Origin: a virus
Taxonomy: Duplodnaviria > Caudoviricetes
Strand: one strand, 5' to 3'
DNA length: 28,702 bases
Virus record (IMG/VR): IMGVR_UViG_3300025534_000030
Location: 1 to 28,702 of that record
The notes below the pieces were generated by a model. That model saw only the letters and a list, made by a program, of their open reading frames with translations, did not search any database and was not told where the DNA came from. Shown here one piece after another: positions 16,420 through 23,191 of the stretch. Both the position numbers and the translations under genes were made by a program. Every line of letters starts with the position of its first letter. Within the stretch, counting starts at the first letter, position 1.

Positions 16420-16731
16420 TTACATAGCCCAACGATCAAAGTTGGTGTTATCGGCTATCCATTGTGTGTGATCGTCAATCCATTTCATAAGCAAGTGGGT
16501 CGGTACTTTCGGATGGCCGAAGTCACGGATGACTGGGAAGTCTGGACGATTCAGCAACTCGCTGGCCTTGTTTTCTTTGATGCCCAGGAATGCCATGAGG
16601 CCTTTCCTGTTCAGTAGAGGCGGCCATTGTTCTCGGGCATCCAAGCGTTCAGTTAGCTTCTGGTAAGCGCGATCAGCGATTTTTGATGCGACAGCGTCAA
16701 TGACTTCATCGTCGAACTCGAGTTTGAACAT
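16420..16731 (-). CDS. HTH_17 / excisionase-like DNA-binding protein
   Basis: WPPLLNRKGLMAFLGIKENKASELLNRPDFPVIR.FGHPKVP..LL.KWI; start moved to ATG at 16731. Confidence 0.75.
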   Translation of the reverse strand: MFKLEFDDEVIDAVASKIADRAYQKLTERLDAREQWPPLLNRKGLMAFLGIKENKASELLNRPDFPVIRDFGHPKVPTHLLMKWIDDHTQWIADNTNFDRWAM

Positions 16732-16744
16732 GGAGCGCACCCCT

Positions 16745-16972
16745 TTAGGCAGTTTGTGTACTTTTTGCATGATTGTTTTCAAAAAAAATTGTCCAATCAA
16801 AGTCTAAACAGTTTTTATCAGCAAGCGCTTGAGCCACTTTAACGCTTGGAATCAAGCCATTTTCAATTTTTGTATAGTAAGAACGATCGATACCTGCTAT
16901 ATCAGCCACTTCTTGTTGTGATAAGTTTTTATCCAAGCGTTTTTTAACTAAAAACGTATTTTTCAAAGCCAT
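16745..16972 (-). CDS. Cro-like XRE HTH regulator
   Basis: KRLDKNLSQQEVADIAGIDRSYYTKIENG..PSVKVA; divergent from the repressor; ATG at 16972 with RBS AGGTGGTG. Confidence 0.88.
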   Translation of the reverse strand: MALKNTFLVKKRLDKNLSQQEVADIAGIDRSYYTKIENGLIPSVKVAQALADKNCLDFDWTIFFENNHAKSTQTA

Positions 16973-16981
16973 CACCACCTT

Positions 16982-17084
16982 GTGCAATTTCTACACTAAT
17001 TATAGCGTGCATTAAATGCACAGTCAACAGTTTTTGTTCATTTTTTTCACAAATATTTTCATGTGCATAAATTTCACCTATAAT
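16982..17084. promoter_or_regulatory. Lysis-lysogeny switch: divergent promoters and four 15-bp operators (fifth at 16756-16770)
   Basis: GTGCA-N5-TGCAC-type sites at 16982, 17007 (perfect), 17036 and 17063; minus-strand TTGACT-17-TATAAT (17027-16999) has the perfect operator in its spacer; plus-strand TATAAT at 17079-17084. Confidence 0.85.
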
Positions 17085-17124
17085 GAGGTTAAAAGTTACT
17101 GATGAAAGAGCGGAGTGCCTTTCA

Positions 17125-17466
17125 ATGGATTATGGAGAAAGACTTAAAATACTAAGGATGAGAAAAAAATTATCACAGCAGGATGTTGCTGACCGTTTAA
17201 ATATCAATCGGTCAACATATGCACGATATGAATTGGGACAAACTCAACCAGATTTTGAAACACTTGAAAAACTGGCCGATTTTTTTGATGTTTCAACCGA
17301 TTATATCCTTGGACGTACTGATTTCCCGAACCCACCTGGAAATGATGAAGACAATCTAGTTGCTTTTTACAACCTTGACGATCTCGATGAAGAAGATATT
17401 CAATATGTGAAGGAAACCATTGAGTTTTTGAGACGTAAAAGAAGAAGGCAAAAAAATCAAAAATAG
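17125..17466 (+). CDS. CI/ImmR-like XRE repressor
   Basis: YGERLKILRMRKKLSQQDVADRLNINRSTYARYELG..QPDFETL.KLADFFDVSTDYILGR; no S24 peptidase domain; ATG at 17125. Confidence 0.9.
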   Translation: MDYGERLKILRMRKKLSQQDVADRLNINRSTYARYELGQTQPDFETLEKLADFFDVSTDYILGRTDFPNPPGNDEDNLVAFYNLDDLDEEDIQYVKETIEFLRRKRRRQKNQK

Positions 17467-17517
17467 GTTTTACCAATTTTATATAAATATGAATTCAAAT
17501 TTTAAGGGGGATTTTAA

Positions 17518-18123
17518 TTGAAAAGATTAGCTTTGGGATTATTTTCTCTGGTCTTGATCTTTGGCGTCTTAGCTGGATGCGGTGATGATTCAACTAAAAT
17601 TGCAAGCGATAACAATAGCAAAACAACTACTAAAAAAGAGGACAGTGATAAAAATAGTTCTGGATCATCACAAAAACAAACCAATGATATCTGGACATAT
17701 TACAATAACGCGACATGGTCAAATAATTACCAAGGTTTCAAAACAACAATCGAAAAAGTAGTTGTTTCTGATAAAGCACCTGCCGAAGATGGTTCAGATA
17801 AAAAGCAAACGGCGGTCGGTGTAAAGTTCAAGCTGGAAAATACGACTAAGGATAAATTTACTACATATCCGGATCAAGCCGTTCTAGTTACCAGTACTGG
17901 CGAGCAAATCGATATGCCGTCGATGTTTGGCTCTGACAACTTAGGCGGTGAATATGACGAAGGAGTCAAAAAAGAGGGAGACGTCATTTGGTATCTCAAG
18001 AATGCTGGAACTGCCAATAACATCAAGTGGGTTAAATTTAAATGGTCTATTCATAAAGGTGGAGAAGATGAAATAGATGCACCAACTCATGATTACGAAG
18101 TGAAACTTGAACTTAAAAAATAA
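17518..18123 (+). CDS. Lipoprotein (possible superinfection exclusion; DUF4352-like Ig fold)
   Basis: Signal peptide with lipobox LAGC, S/T/K linker, beta-rich domain; lies in the lysogeny module. Confidence 0.75.
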   Translation: MKRLALGLFSLVLIFGVLAGCGDDSTKIASDNNSKTTTKKEDSDKNSSGSSQKQTNDIWTYYNNATWSNNYQGFKTTIEKVVVSDKAPAEDGSDKKQTAVGVKFKLENTTKDKFTTYPDQAVLVTSTGEQIDMPSMFGSDNLGGEYDEGVKKEGDVIWYLKNAGTANNIKWVKFKWSIHKGGEDEIDAPTHDYEVKLELKK

Positions 18124-18127
18124 TACT

Positions 18128-18153
18128 AAGCCCTATTTTTTAGGGCTTTTCTT
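18128..18153 (+). terminator. Intrinsic terminator after lipoprotein gene
   Basis: AAGCCCTA-TTTTT-TAGGGCTT-TTCTT. Confidence 0.8.
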
Positions 18154-18166
18154 ATAAATATAAAAC

Positions 18167-18180
18167 AGAACATACATTCT
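18167..18180. promoter_or_regulatory. LexA/DinR (Cheo) box upstream of ImmA protease
   Basis: AGAACATACATTCT resembles the Bacillus consensus CGAACRNRYGTTYC. Confidence 0.65.
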
Positions 18181-18199
18181 CATAAAGGGGAAATTACCC

Positions 18200-18817
18200 A
18201 TGAATCTAGCACTTTATAAACCAAGCCATCTTGAAAATTGGATAACTGAAAAATACATCGAATTGGGTATTATGTCTCCTGGAGATTTAGAACCGCACAA
18301 TATTGCTACGAAATTAAATGTTGATCTGTATAAGCATCCAGTAGCCTCATTTTCGATTCGTGAGGGAGGGGTAAATTATATCTTCTTAAAAGACAGTGAT
18401 CCATACAACGAGCGCGTTCAATTCTTTCATGAGCTATGCCATTTATTGAGACATTCCGGAAATCAACTGGGTATTATGCCTCAAACCTTCCGTGAACTGC
18501 AGGAGCGTGATGCAAATCATTTTACGCAATATGCAGCCATGCCATTACACATGCTCACTGATTTCAAGTTTGAAAGTCCCGATATTATTTACGAGCTCTC
18601 AGAAATTTTTTGTGTACCAATCAGCTTTGCAGCCTATAGATTGGAGAATATCAAAAGAAAGTTACGTCAAGAGACTTTAGACCAAATATTCATCAAAAAC
18701 CTAAATTCACACGCTGTCACTCCTTATCCAAAATACCGCAAATTTAATTTGGATGATTGTTCAAATGAAACAAAACGGCTTCTAGCGCAACTTAACCAAC
18801 AGCTAAAAGGAGGATAA
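18200..18817 (+). CDS. ImmA/IrrE family metallopeptidase (anti-repressor)
   Basis: FFHELCHLLRHSGNQ (HExxH) and QERDANHFTQYAAMP. Confidence 0.9.
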   Translation: MNLALYKPSHLENWITEKYIELGIMSPGDLEPHNIATKLNVDLYKHPVASFSIREGGVNYIFLKDSDPYNERVQFFHELCHLLRHSGNQLGIMPQTFRELQERDANHFTQYAAMPLHMLTDFKFESPDIIYELSEIFCVPISFAAYRLENIKRKLRQETLDQIFIKNLNSHAVTPYPKYRKFNLDDCSNETKRLLAQLNQQLKGG

Positions 18818-18821
18818 ATAC

Positions 18822-19163
18822 ATGCACATTGCAAAGGTATACTATGATTTTCGTGATGGCCAAGAGAGGCCTATTTGGTATGTTGTAAATAATGATTTTG
18901 ATTGGAACTTAGCGACTCAGTATATTGATGTCTTAACACCGTATAAGAAGGCTTCACTCTTCGACTTTGAAAATCATTTAATTAATATATCTGTTTTTAT
19001 ACAAGAAATGACTCAAAGCTATGCCCATCCCAATAAATTAGGTCTTAATCTTTTGGCGATCGCTGATCGTATTCGTCATGATGGAATTGAGCCTAACAAC
19101 GTTGATCAACTGATTGTGCTTGTTAACGATATTGAAGAAGTATTGCATATGAATATTTTTTGA
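18822..19163 (+). CDS. Hypothetical protein between ImmA and integrase
   Basis: 113 aa, RBS AAAGGAGG, tightly coupled to both neighbours. Confidence 0.75.
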   Translation: MHIAKVYYDFRDGQERPIWYVVNNDFDWNLATQYIDVLTPYKKASLFDFENHLINISVFIQEMTQSYAHPNKLGLNLLAIADRIRHDGIEPNNVDQLIVLVNDIEEVLHMNIF

Positions 19164-19175
19164 GGGGGGTTACAT

Positions 19176-20309
19176 ATGAAAGGCCATGTCAGAAGACGCG
19201 GTAATAAATGGTGTTTTGTCATTGATATTCCAACAGACAATGGAGAACGTCGACAAAAGTGGTTTTCTGGCTACAGATCAAGAAAAGATGCCGAAAAGGA
19301 AATGGTCCGTGTTATCAATGAATTAGAGAAGGGCACTTTTGTTGAGCCATCAAATGAAAAATATAGAGACTATTTGAAAACATGGTTGGAAGGAAAGAAA
19401 AGCACAGTTAAACCGGCCACATATGATACGTATTTCTATTTAATCTCGAAACATATCGCTCCCAAATTGGGCCATATTTCAATATCAAAAATCAACGCAG
19501 TACATCTACAGAGATTCTATTCATATCTCAATGAGAAAGAGCATCTAGCTCCTGCATCCATTTCAAAGATACACAACATCATCAAAGCATCGTTAAATGC
19601 AGCATACCGGTATGGGTTCATTTATAAAAACCCAGCGCTTTTAGTGGATCCGCCTCGTATAGGAAGAAAAGAAATGCGGTTTTGGACTGAAGAACAGGCA
19701 AGACACTTTTTGAATGTCGCAAAAAATGATCGGCTCTATATAGCTTTCTTTTTAGCGATTACAACGGGGATGAGAAAAGGAGAAATTCTTGGTCTTCGAT
19801 GGAAAGATATTGACCTGCAGAGGAAAACGATTACAGTCAATCAGACCCTATCTAACCGCGGTGATCGTTTTCAAGAAACAAAAACCAATGCCGGCCGCCG
19901 CACGATTGTATTGACAGGTAATACAATCGACGTTCTTAAGCAGCATTATACGACAATTAAAAAAGAGAAACTCAAAAACGGGGCACATTACGAAGATCAT
20001 GGGCTTGTCGTTTGCACATCATTAGGAACGCCGATCATCCCAAGGAATTTTGACCGTGTATGGAAGCGCCTTTTAAAGAAAAGCGGACTGCCAACGATTC
20101 GCTTCCATGATTTACGGCACACACATGCCACAATCCTATTGAAACAAGGCATTCATCCTAAAGTCGTCAGTGAGCGTCTTGGCCATGCAAATATTCGCAT
20201 TACATTGGATACCTATTCCCATGTCTTACCCGGATTACAGGAAGCAGCAGCAGCCAAGTTTGAGGAATTATTTTTCCATGAAAAAAATATTTCGGAATCC
20301 GAACGTTAG
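19176..20309 (+). CDS. int: Tyrosine integrase (arm-binding + SAM-like + catalytic domains)
   Basis: N-terminal arm-binding KGHVRRRGNKW...RRQKWFSGY; TGMRKGEILGLRW, FHDLRHTHAT, ERLGH, TLDTYSH. Confidence 0.96.
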   Translation: MKGHVRRRGNKWCFVIDIPTDNGERRQKWFSGYRSRKDAEKEMVRVINELEKGTFVEPSNEKYRDYLKTWLEGKKSTVKPATYDTYFYLISKHIAPKLGHISISKINAVHLQRFYSYLNEKEHLAPASISKIHNIIKASLNAAYRYGFIYKNPALLVDPPRIGRKEMRFWTEEQARHFLNVAKNDRLYIAFFLAITTGMRKGEILGLRWKDIDLQRKTITVNQTLSNRGDRFQETKTNAGRRTIVLTGNTIDVLKQHYTTIKKEKLKNGAHYEDHGLVVCTSLGTPIIPRNFDRVWKRLLKKSGLPTIRFHDLRHTHATILLKQGIHPKVVSERLGHANIRITLDTYSHVLPGLQEAAAAKFEELFFHEKNISESER

Positions 20310-20342
20310 CAATTCGTTTGCAGTTGACCTCTTACCAAAATG

Positions 20343-20379
20343 AAACCGGGGTTTCGCACAAGCGAAAAACCCCGGTGTT
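20343..20379. terminator. Hairpin between int and att core (int terminator / replacement tRNA terminator)
   Basis: ACCGGGGTTT-CGC-ACAA-GCG-AAAAACCCCGGT. Confidence 0.65.
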
Positions 20380-20392
20380 ATTAGCATAATAA

Positions 20393-20437
20393 TGGAGCTT
20401 CCAACAGGACTTGAACCTGCGACCTCTTCCTTACCAT
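20393..20437 (-). tRNA. 3' fragment of tRNA-Thr(GGT) = att core (not a full tRNA)
   Basis: Minus strand ATGGTAA-GGAAG-AGGTC-GCAGG-TTCAAGT-CCTGT-TGGAAGC-TCCA: anticodon loop, T-arm, 3' acceptor strand and CCA; 5' half absent. Confidence 0.88.
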
Positions 20438-20593
20438 TTAAGCACGTTGGGTTTATATAGCATTTTTGCGATTTATTTCGTTTTATTGCAAACGTAAAAA
20501 AATGCATTGAAAAACGTATTTTGTTTATCATGTTTTATGAACGGTTATTTTTATCGTTTGCAATTTCGTTTGCAATTTTGATGGTGGTGTTTA

Positions 20594-20953
20594 TTGTTGA
20601 CTGGATTCAACGAACTCACAAAAGACGAAGAAGATCTGATATATGCTTTTATTCTTCTCCCTCTTGCCCGCCGCGTTCTCGAGAACGACATGAAGGCTAT
20701 TGAGGCATCTCGGATCAAATTTAAAGAGCCTTATATCCGGCTGATCGAGGATGCATTGAAAAAGCTATCACATGATCTCCGTGATGTGAAGCTGGAAGCC
20801 AGGAAGCAACAAATCAAGATGATTCGACATGGGGATCTGGACTATGAAGCGGTGGTAAGGGGGTGGACGCATCAAGTCGTACTGCACCCCAACCTTGCCA
20901 AGGAGTGGGTGGAGAACAAAATCAGCGAACTTTTGAACAAACAACATCCATGA
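20594..20953 (+). CDS. YhjD-like helical protein
   Basis: LIYAFILLPLARRVLENDMKAIEASRIKFKEPYIRLIE; resembles the Bacillus YhjD-like family from memory; converges on the HEPN gene. Confidence 0.6.
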   Translation: MLTGFNELTKDEEDLIYAFILLPLARRVLENDMKAIEASRIKFKEPYIRLIEDALKKLSHDLRDVKLEARKQQIKMIRHGDLDYEAVVRGWTHQVVLHPNLAKEWVENKISELLNKQHP

Positions 20954-21275
20954 TCAATTCGTATGCTTCATTTAACATATCGTACTCTTCTTCCGTTAGC
21001 TCATGACAATGTGCTATCTTATTGCGGATTGAATAAAGTTTACGAAGGGTCAATATGAGGTCGTCGGAGTTTTTGAAGCAGGGGTAAACGCGAAGGTAAC
21101 TCACGAGGTCGTAAAAATATGATTGGTTTAGTGGTCGTGATCTAAACGACATGTTTTTTGGGGCTTTGAATTGCCAATCTGGCCCATAATGTGATGTCAT
21201 TTCGTCATCAATATATCGCCGTAGTCCGTTTTCTATGGCATACAACATGCCATAGGCTTCTTTCATGCGTTCCAT
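20922..21275 (-). CDS. Stand-alone Swt1-like HEPN domain protein (putative RNase)
   Basis: AYGMLYAIENGLRRYI...YGPDW...RNKIAH (R84-x4-H89); RBS AAAGGAGG. Confidence 0.8.
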   Translation of the reverse strand: MERMKEAYGMLYAIENGLRRYIDDEMTSHYGPDWQFKAPKNMSFRSRPLNQSYFYDLVSYLRVYPCFKNSDDLILTLRKLYSIRNKIAHCHELTEEEYDMLNEAYELIMDVVCSKVR

Positions 21276-21300
21276 GATGAACCTCCTTTCTTTTTGTATT

Positions 21301-21327
21301 ATTCGGCATTAAATGGAAAATTCCTGC
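21301..21327 (-). promoter_or_regulatory. Sigma-H-type promoter for the HEPN gene
   Basis: Minus strand GCAGGA-17bp-GAAT (GCAGGAATTTTCCATTTAATGCCGAAT). Confidence 0.65.
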
Positions 21328-21331
21328 TAAG

Positions 21332-21353
21332 AAAAACCACCCGTGATGGGTGG
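21332..21353 (-). terminator. Terminator of ART-RHH operon
   Basis: CCACCC-ATCAC-GGGTGG-TTTTT on the minus strand, 7 nt after the stop. Confidence 0.75.
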
Positions 21354-21360
21354 CTCTTGC

Positions 21361-21756
21361 TTATTCTAACGCGCCGAGTACAGCATCAACCGCTGCCAGC
21401 ATCGCTTCCCGTGCTTCTTCTTCGGTCTCATGATAACTGATTCCGGATTCGCCGTCAGTCACATCATGCGCGGGAACCTCATCCGCGAAGGGATATTCGG
21501 GCCCCCACGCGAAGAAATACCTTCCATCATCGACCTTCCCGACAACGTATGCTTCACCATCAATCGGGCAGTCATAACGACTAGCGACAACTCCAACAAC
21601 TTTAGACATGATATTCAGCTCCTTTTCTTTTTCGGTTGTATACTCTTCGATCAAACGCCGAACGACTTCGCTGCCGTTTGCGGCGGCCAATCCATTCACG
21701 CGGTCAAACCTATATAGCAGTGATTCTTCGATGCGAAATTGACGCGGTTTTTTCAT
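21361..21756 (-). CDS. Ribbon-helix-helix (CopG/Arc-like) protein fused to an acidic C-terminal domain
   Basis: MKKPRQFRIEESLLYRFDRV...NGSEVVRRLIEEY (beta-alpha-alpha pattern); ATGA overlap with the ART gene. Confidence 0.75.
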   Translation of the reverse strand: MKKPRQFRIEESLLYRFDRVNGLAAANGSEVVRRLIEEYTTEKEKELNIMSKVVGVVASRYDCPIDGEAYVVGKVDDGRYFFAWGPEYPFADEVPAHDVTDGESGISYHETEEEAREAMLAAVDAVLGALE

Positions 21757-22172
21757 GCTGCCACCTCAATTTTTGCAATGATCAGGTTATCTTGTTCTTC
21801 GACTTCCTTGACGATATATTCATTGTCGAGTATGAGCCATTCGGTCTCACCAAAACTCGTATCATCGGTATAGTTGTAGATCGGAAGACCAATCGGATTT
21901 TCAAGAACGAAGATCACCCCTTTAGCACCGCGATCAGCGAATTCTTGAGCAACTTCAAATCGTTCATCGAATGAAGAAAAGAGATTTTGAAAATCGACTT
22001 TGTCACCGACAGCTAACTCAAAATCATGATCGACGTATATCCCCCGATAGAGAGGAACTGGACAATTTTCTTGATTCTTTTCGATGAAATCTGCGATCGC
22101 CATTTCTTCATCTACATTAATCGCATCGAATCCAAGTTGAGCATAGTTGCTGAGGATTTCGCTGATTTCCAT
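21753..22172 (-). CDS. Small ADP-ribosyltransferase (R-S-E clade)
   Basis: LYRG (R43), FSSFD (S-T-S-like) followed by VAQEFA, VIFVL strand, GETEWLI (E109-x-E111). Confidence 0.72.
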   Translation of the reverse strand: MEISEILSNYAQLGFDAINVDEEMAIADFIEKNQENCPVPLYRGIYVDHDFELAVGDKVDFQNLFSSFDERFEVAQEFADRGAKGVIFVLENPIGLPIYNYTDDTSFGETEWLILDNEYIVKEVEEQDNLIIAKIEVAA

Positions 22173-22206
22173 TAGTTTAAACTCCTTTCATTTTCTTCTT
22201 GTCTAT

Positions 22207-22235
22207 AATATACATTATGTGTAATTACATGTCAA
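22207..22235 (-). promoter_or_regulatory. Sigma-A promoter with palindromic operator for ART-RHH operon
   Basis: TTGACA-17bp-TATATT; perfect palindrome TGTAATTACA (22220-22229) inside the spacer. Confidence 0.8.
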
Positions 22236-22268
22236 TACTTTTTTAAAATTTTTTTAGGTTTTTTTACA

Positions 22269-22287
22269 GCCGCCCATAAAGGGCGGC
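22269..22287. terminator. GC-rich hairpin after the HTH gene
   Basis: GCCGCCC-ATAAA-GGGCGGC; no clear U-tract on the minus strand. Confidence 0.45.
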
Positions 22288-22291
22288 CGTG

Positions 22292-22705
22292 TTAGATCCG
22301 ATCTTCGTAAAACTCATAAAACCACTGACTAAACGGGATATATTTCCCGTCTTCCAGACCTTCACGCAAACCATCGTGGTACAAACCGGCCAAATGCCGC
22401 ACGTCGTTCTCATCCATGAATGGTTTGTTCAAAACCTTTCTGACGAGGTCGCCAAGAGCTGGGTTTTCCAATTCATCTTGGACATGTGACAAAACCCATT
22501 CAAAGTCATCCATGACCGGAATCATTGTCAGTTCGTTTTTATACACTCTCAACGCCTCCCTTTTGGTTATGAGCCATGTGGACCCCGATTTCCGGATCTC
22601 AGATGACCGAAACTTTCTGCGGTGAATGTCACGTCTGACTGAACCGGACGGCAAATCAAAGTCTTCTTCTATTTCAGATGGTGTAATTACTTCGTATAAA
22701 AACAT
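22292..22705 (-). CDS. HTH_59-like (excisionase/MerR-type winged) DNA-binding protein with acidic C-terminal domain
   Basis: LYEVITPSEIEEDFDLPSGSVRRDI...EIRKSGSTWLITKREALRVY; TAATG overlap with the upstream gene. Confidence 0.75.
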   Translation of the reverse strand: MFLYEVITPSEIEEDFDLPSGSVRRDIHRRKFRSSEIRKSGSTWLITKREALRVYKNELTMIPVMDDFEWVLSHVQDELENPALGDLVRKVLNKPFMDENDVRHLAGLYHDGLREGLEDGKYIPFSQWFYEFYEDRI

Positions 22706-23070
22706 TACGCAACAGCTCCCCTTTCCGCTGCAACGATTTCAAGTGCGCGGAAGATTTCTTTTCGGAAGTTGTCCTTTCCGCCTTGGCGGACAAAAACCTT
22801 ACGATCGAAGTCATAATAGCCTTCAAAATCCGTTTTTCGAACAACCGGATTTCCCCAGTTGCTGACGGTTACGAGCAAACGGCCACGGATATATAAGCGG
22901 TGTTTTCCGTAGTTTTTCCATTCTTTTGCGGAAGCTTCGACGATTTTCATTGCAGAACCTTCGCGGACGATTTTCCAAGCGGTTTTGAGTGCCAAAGCCA
23001 TGCGAGCCGTCCAGTCACCTTCCATTTTCCGAGCAAGTTTAACTGCCAACTTCATAACTTCTTTTTGCAT
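22705..23070 (-). CDS. Small basic hypothetical protein (121 aa)
   Basis: True start ATG at 23070 (RBS GGAGGT, downstream of promoter); MQKEVMKLAVKLARKMEGDWTARMALALKTAWKIV + KEWKNYGKHRLYI modules. Confidence 0.75.
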   Translation of the reverse strand: MQKEVMKLAVKLARKMEGDWTARMALALKTAWKIVREGSAMKIVEASAKEWKNYGKHRLYIRGRLLVTVSNWGNPVVRKTDFEGYYDFDRKVFVRQGGKDNFRKEIFRALEIVAAERGAVA

Positions 23071-23121
23071 TTCGATTACCTCCATTTTTTTGATTCGTAT
23101 TCGTATCATCTTTCTGACTCT

Positions 23122-23150
23122 ATTATAACGATACGTTTTCATATCGTCAA
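23122..23150 (-). promoter_or_regulatory. Sigma-A promoter with 20-bp inverted-repeat operator
   Basis: TTGACG-17bp-TATAAT; ACGATA-CGTTTTCA-TATCGT (23128-23147) covers the spacer and part of the -35. Confidence 0.82.
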
Positions 23151-23191
23151 CACCAAAAATTAAAGTTTTTATTTTCTGACTATTTAAGGGC

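Larger units (their letters stand above)
20304..20577. mobile_element. attP region: core plus integrase arm-type repeats
   Basis: Core 20393-20437; CGTTTGCAATT-like repeats at 20304, 20315, 20484 (inverted), 20555 and 20567; phage genes on both sides. Confidence 0.85.

Noticed and set aside
17125-19163. Arbitrium (aimR-aimP-aimX) or Rap-Phr communication system
   Set aside because: No ~380-aa TPR receptor or short secreted propeptide is present; the signal-bearing ORF is a 201-aa lipoprotein.
20393-20437. Functional tRNA-Thr gene
   Set aside because: Only the 3' half from the anticodon loop is present; D-arm and 5' acceptor strand are missing, so it is the att core.
20268-20703. ORFs 20268-20531(-) and 20521-20703(+)
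   Set aside because: They run through the att core and arm sites, lack convincing RBSs and overlap better-supported genes.
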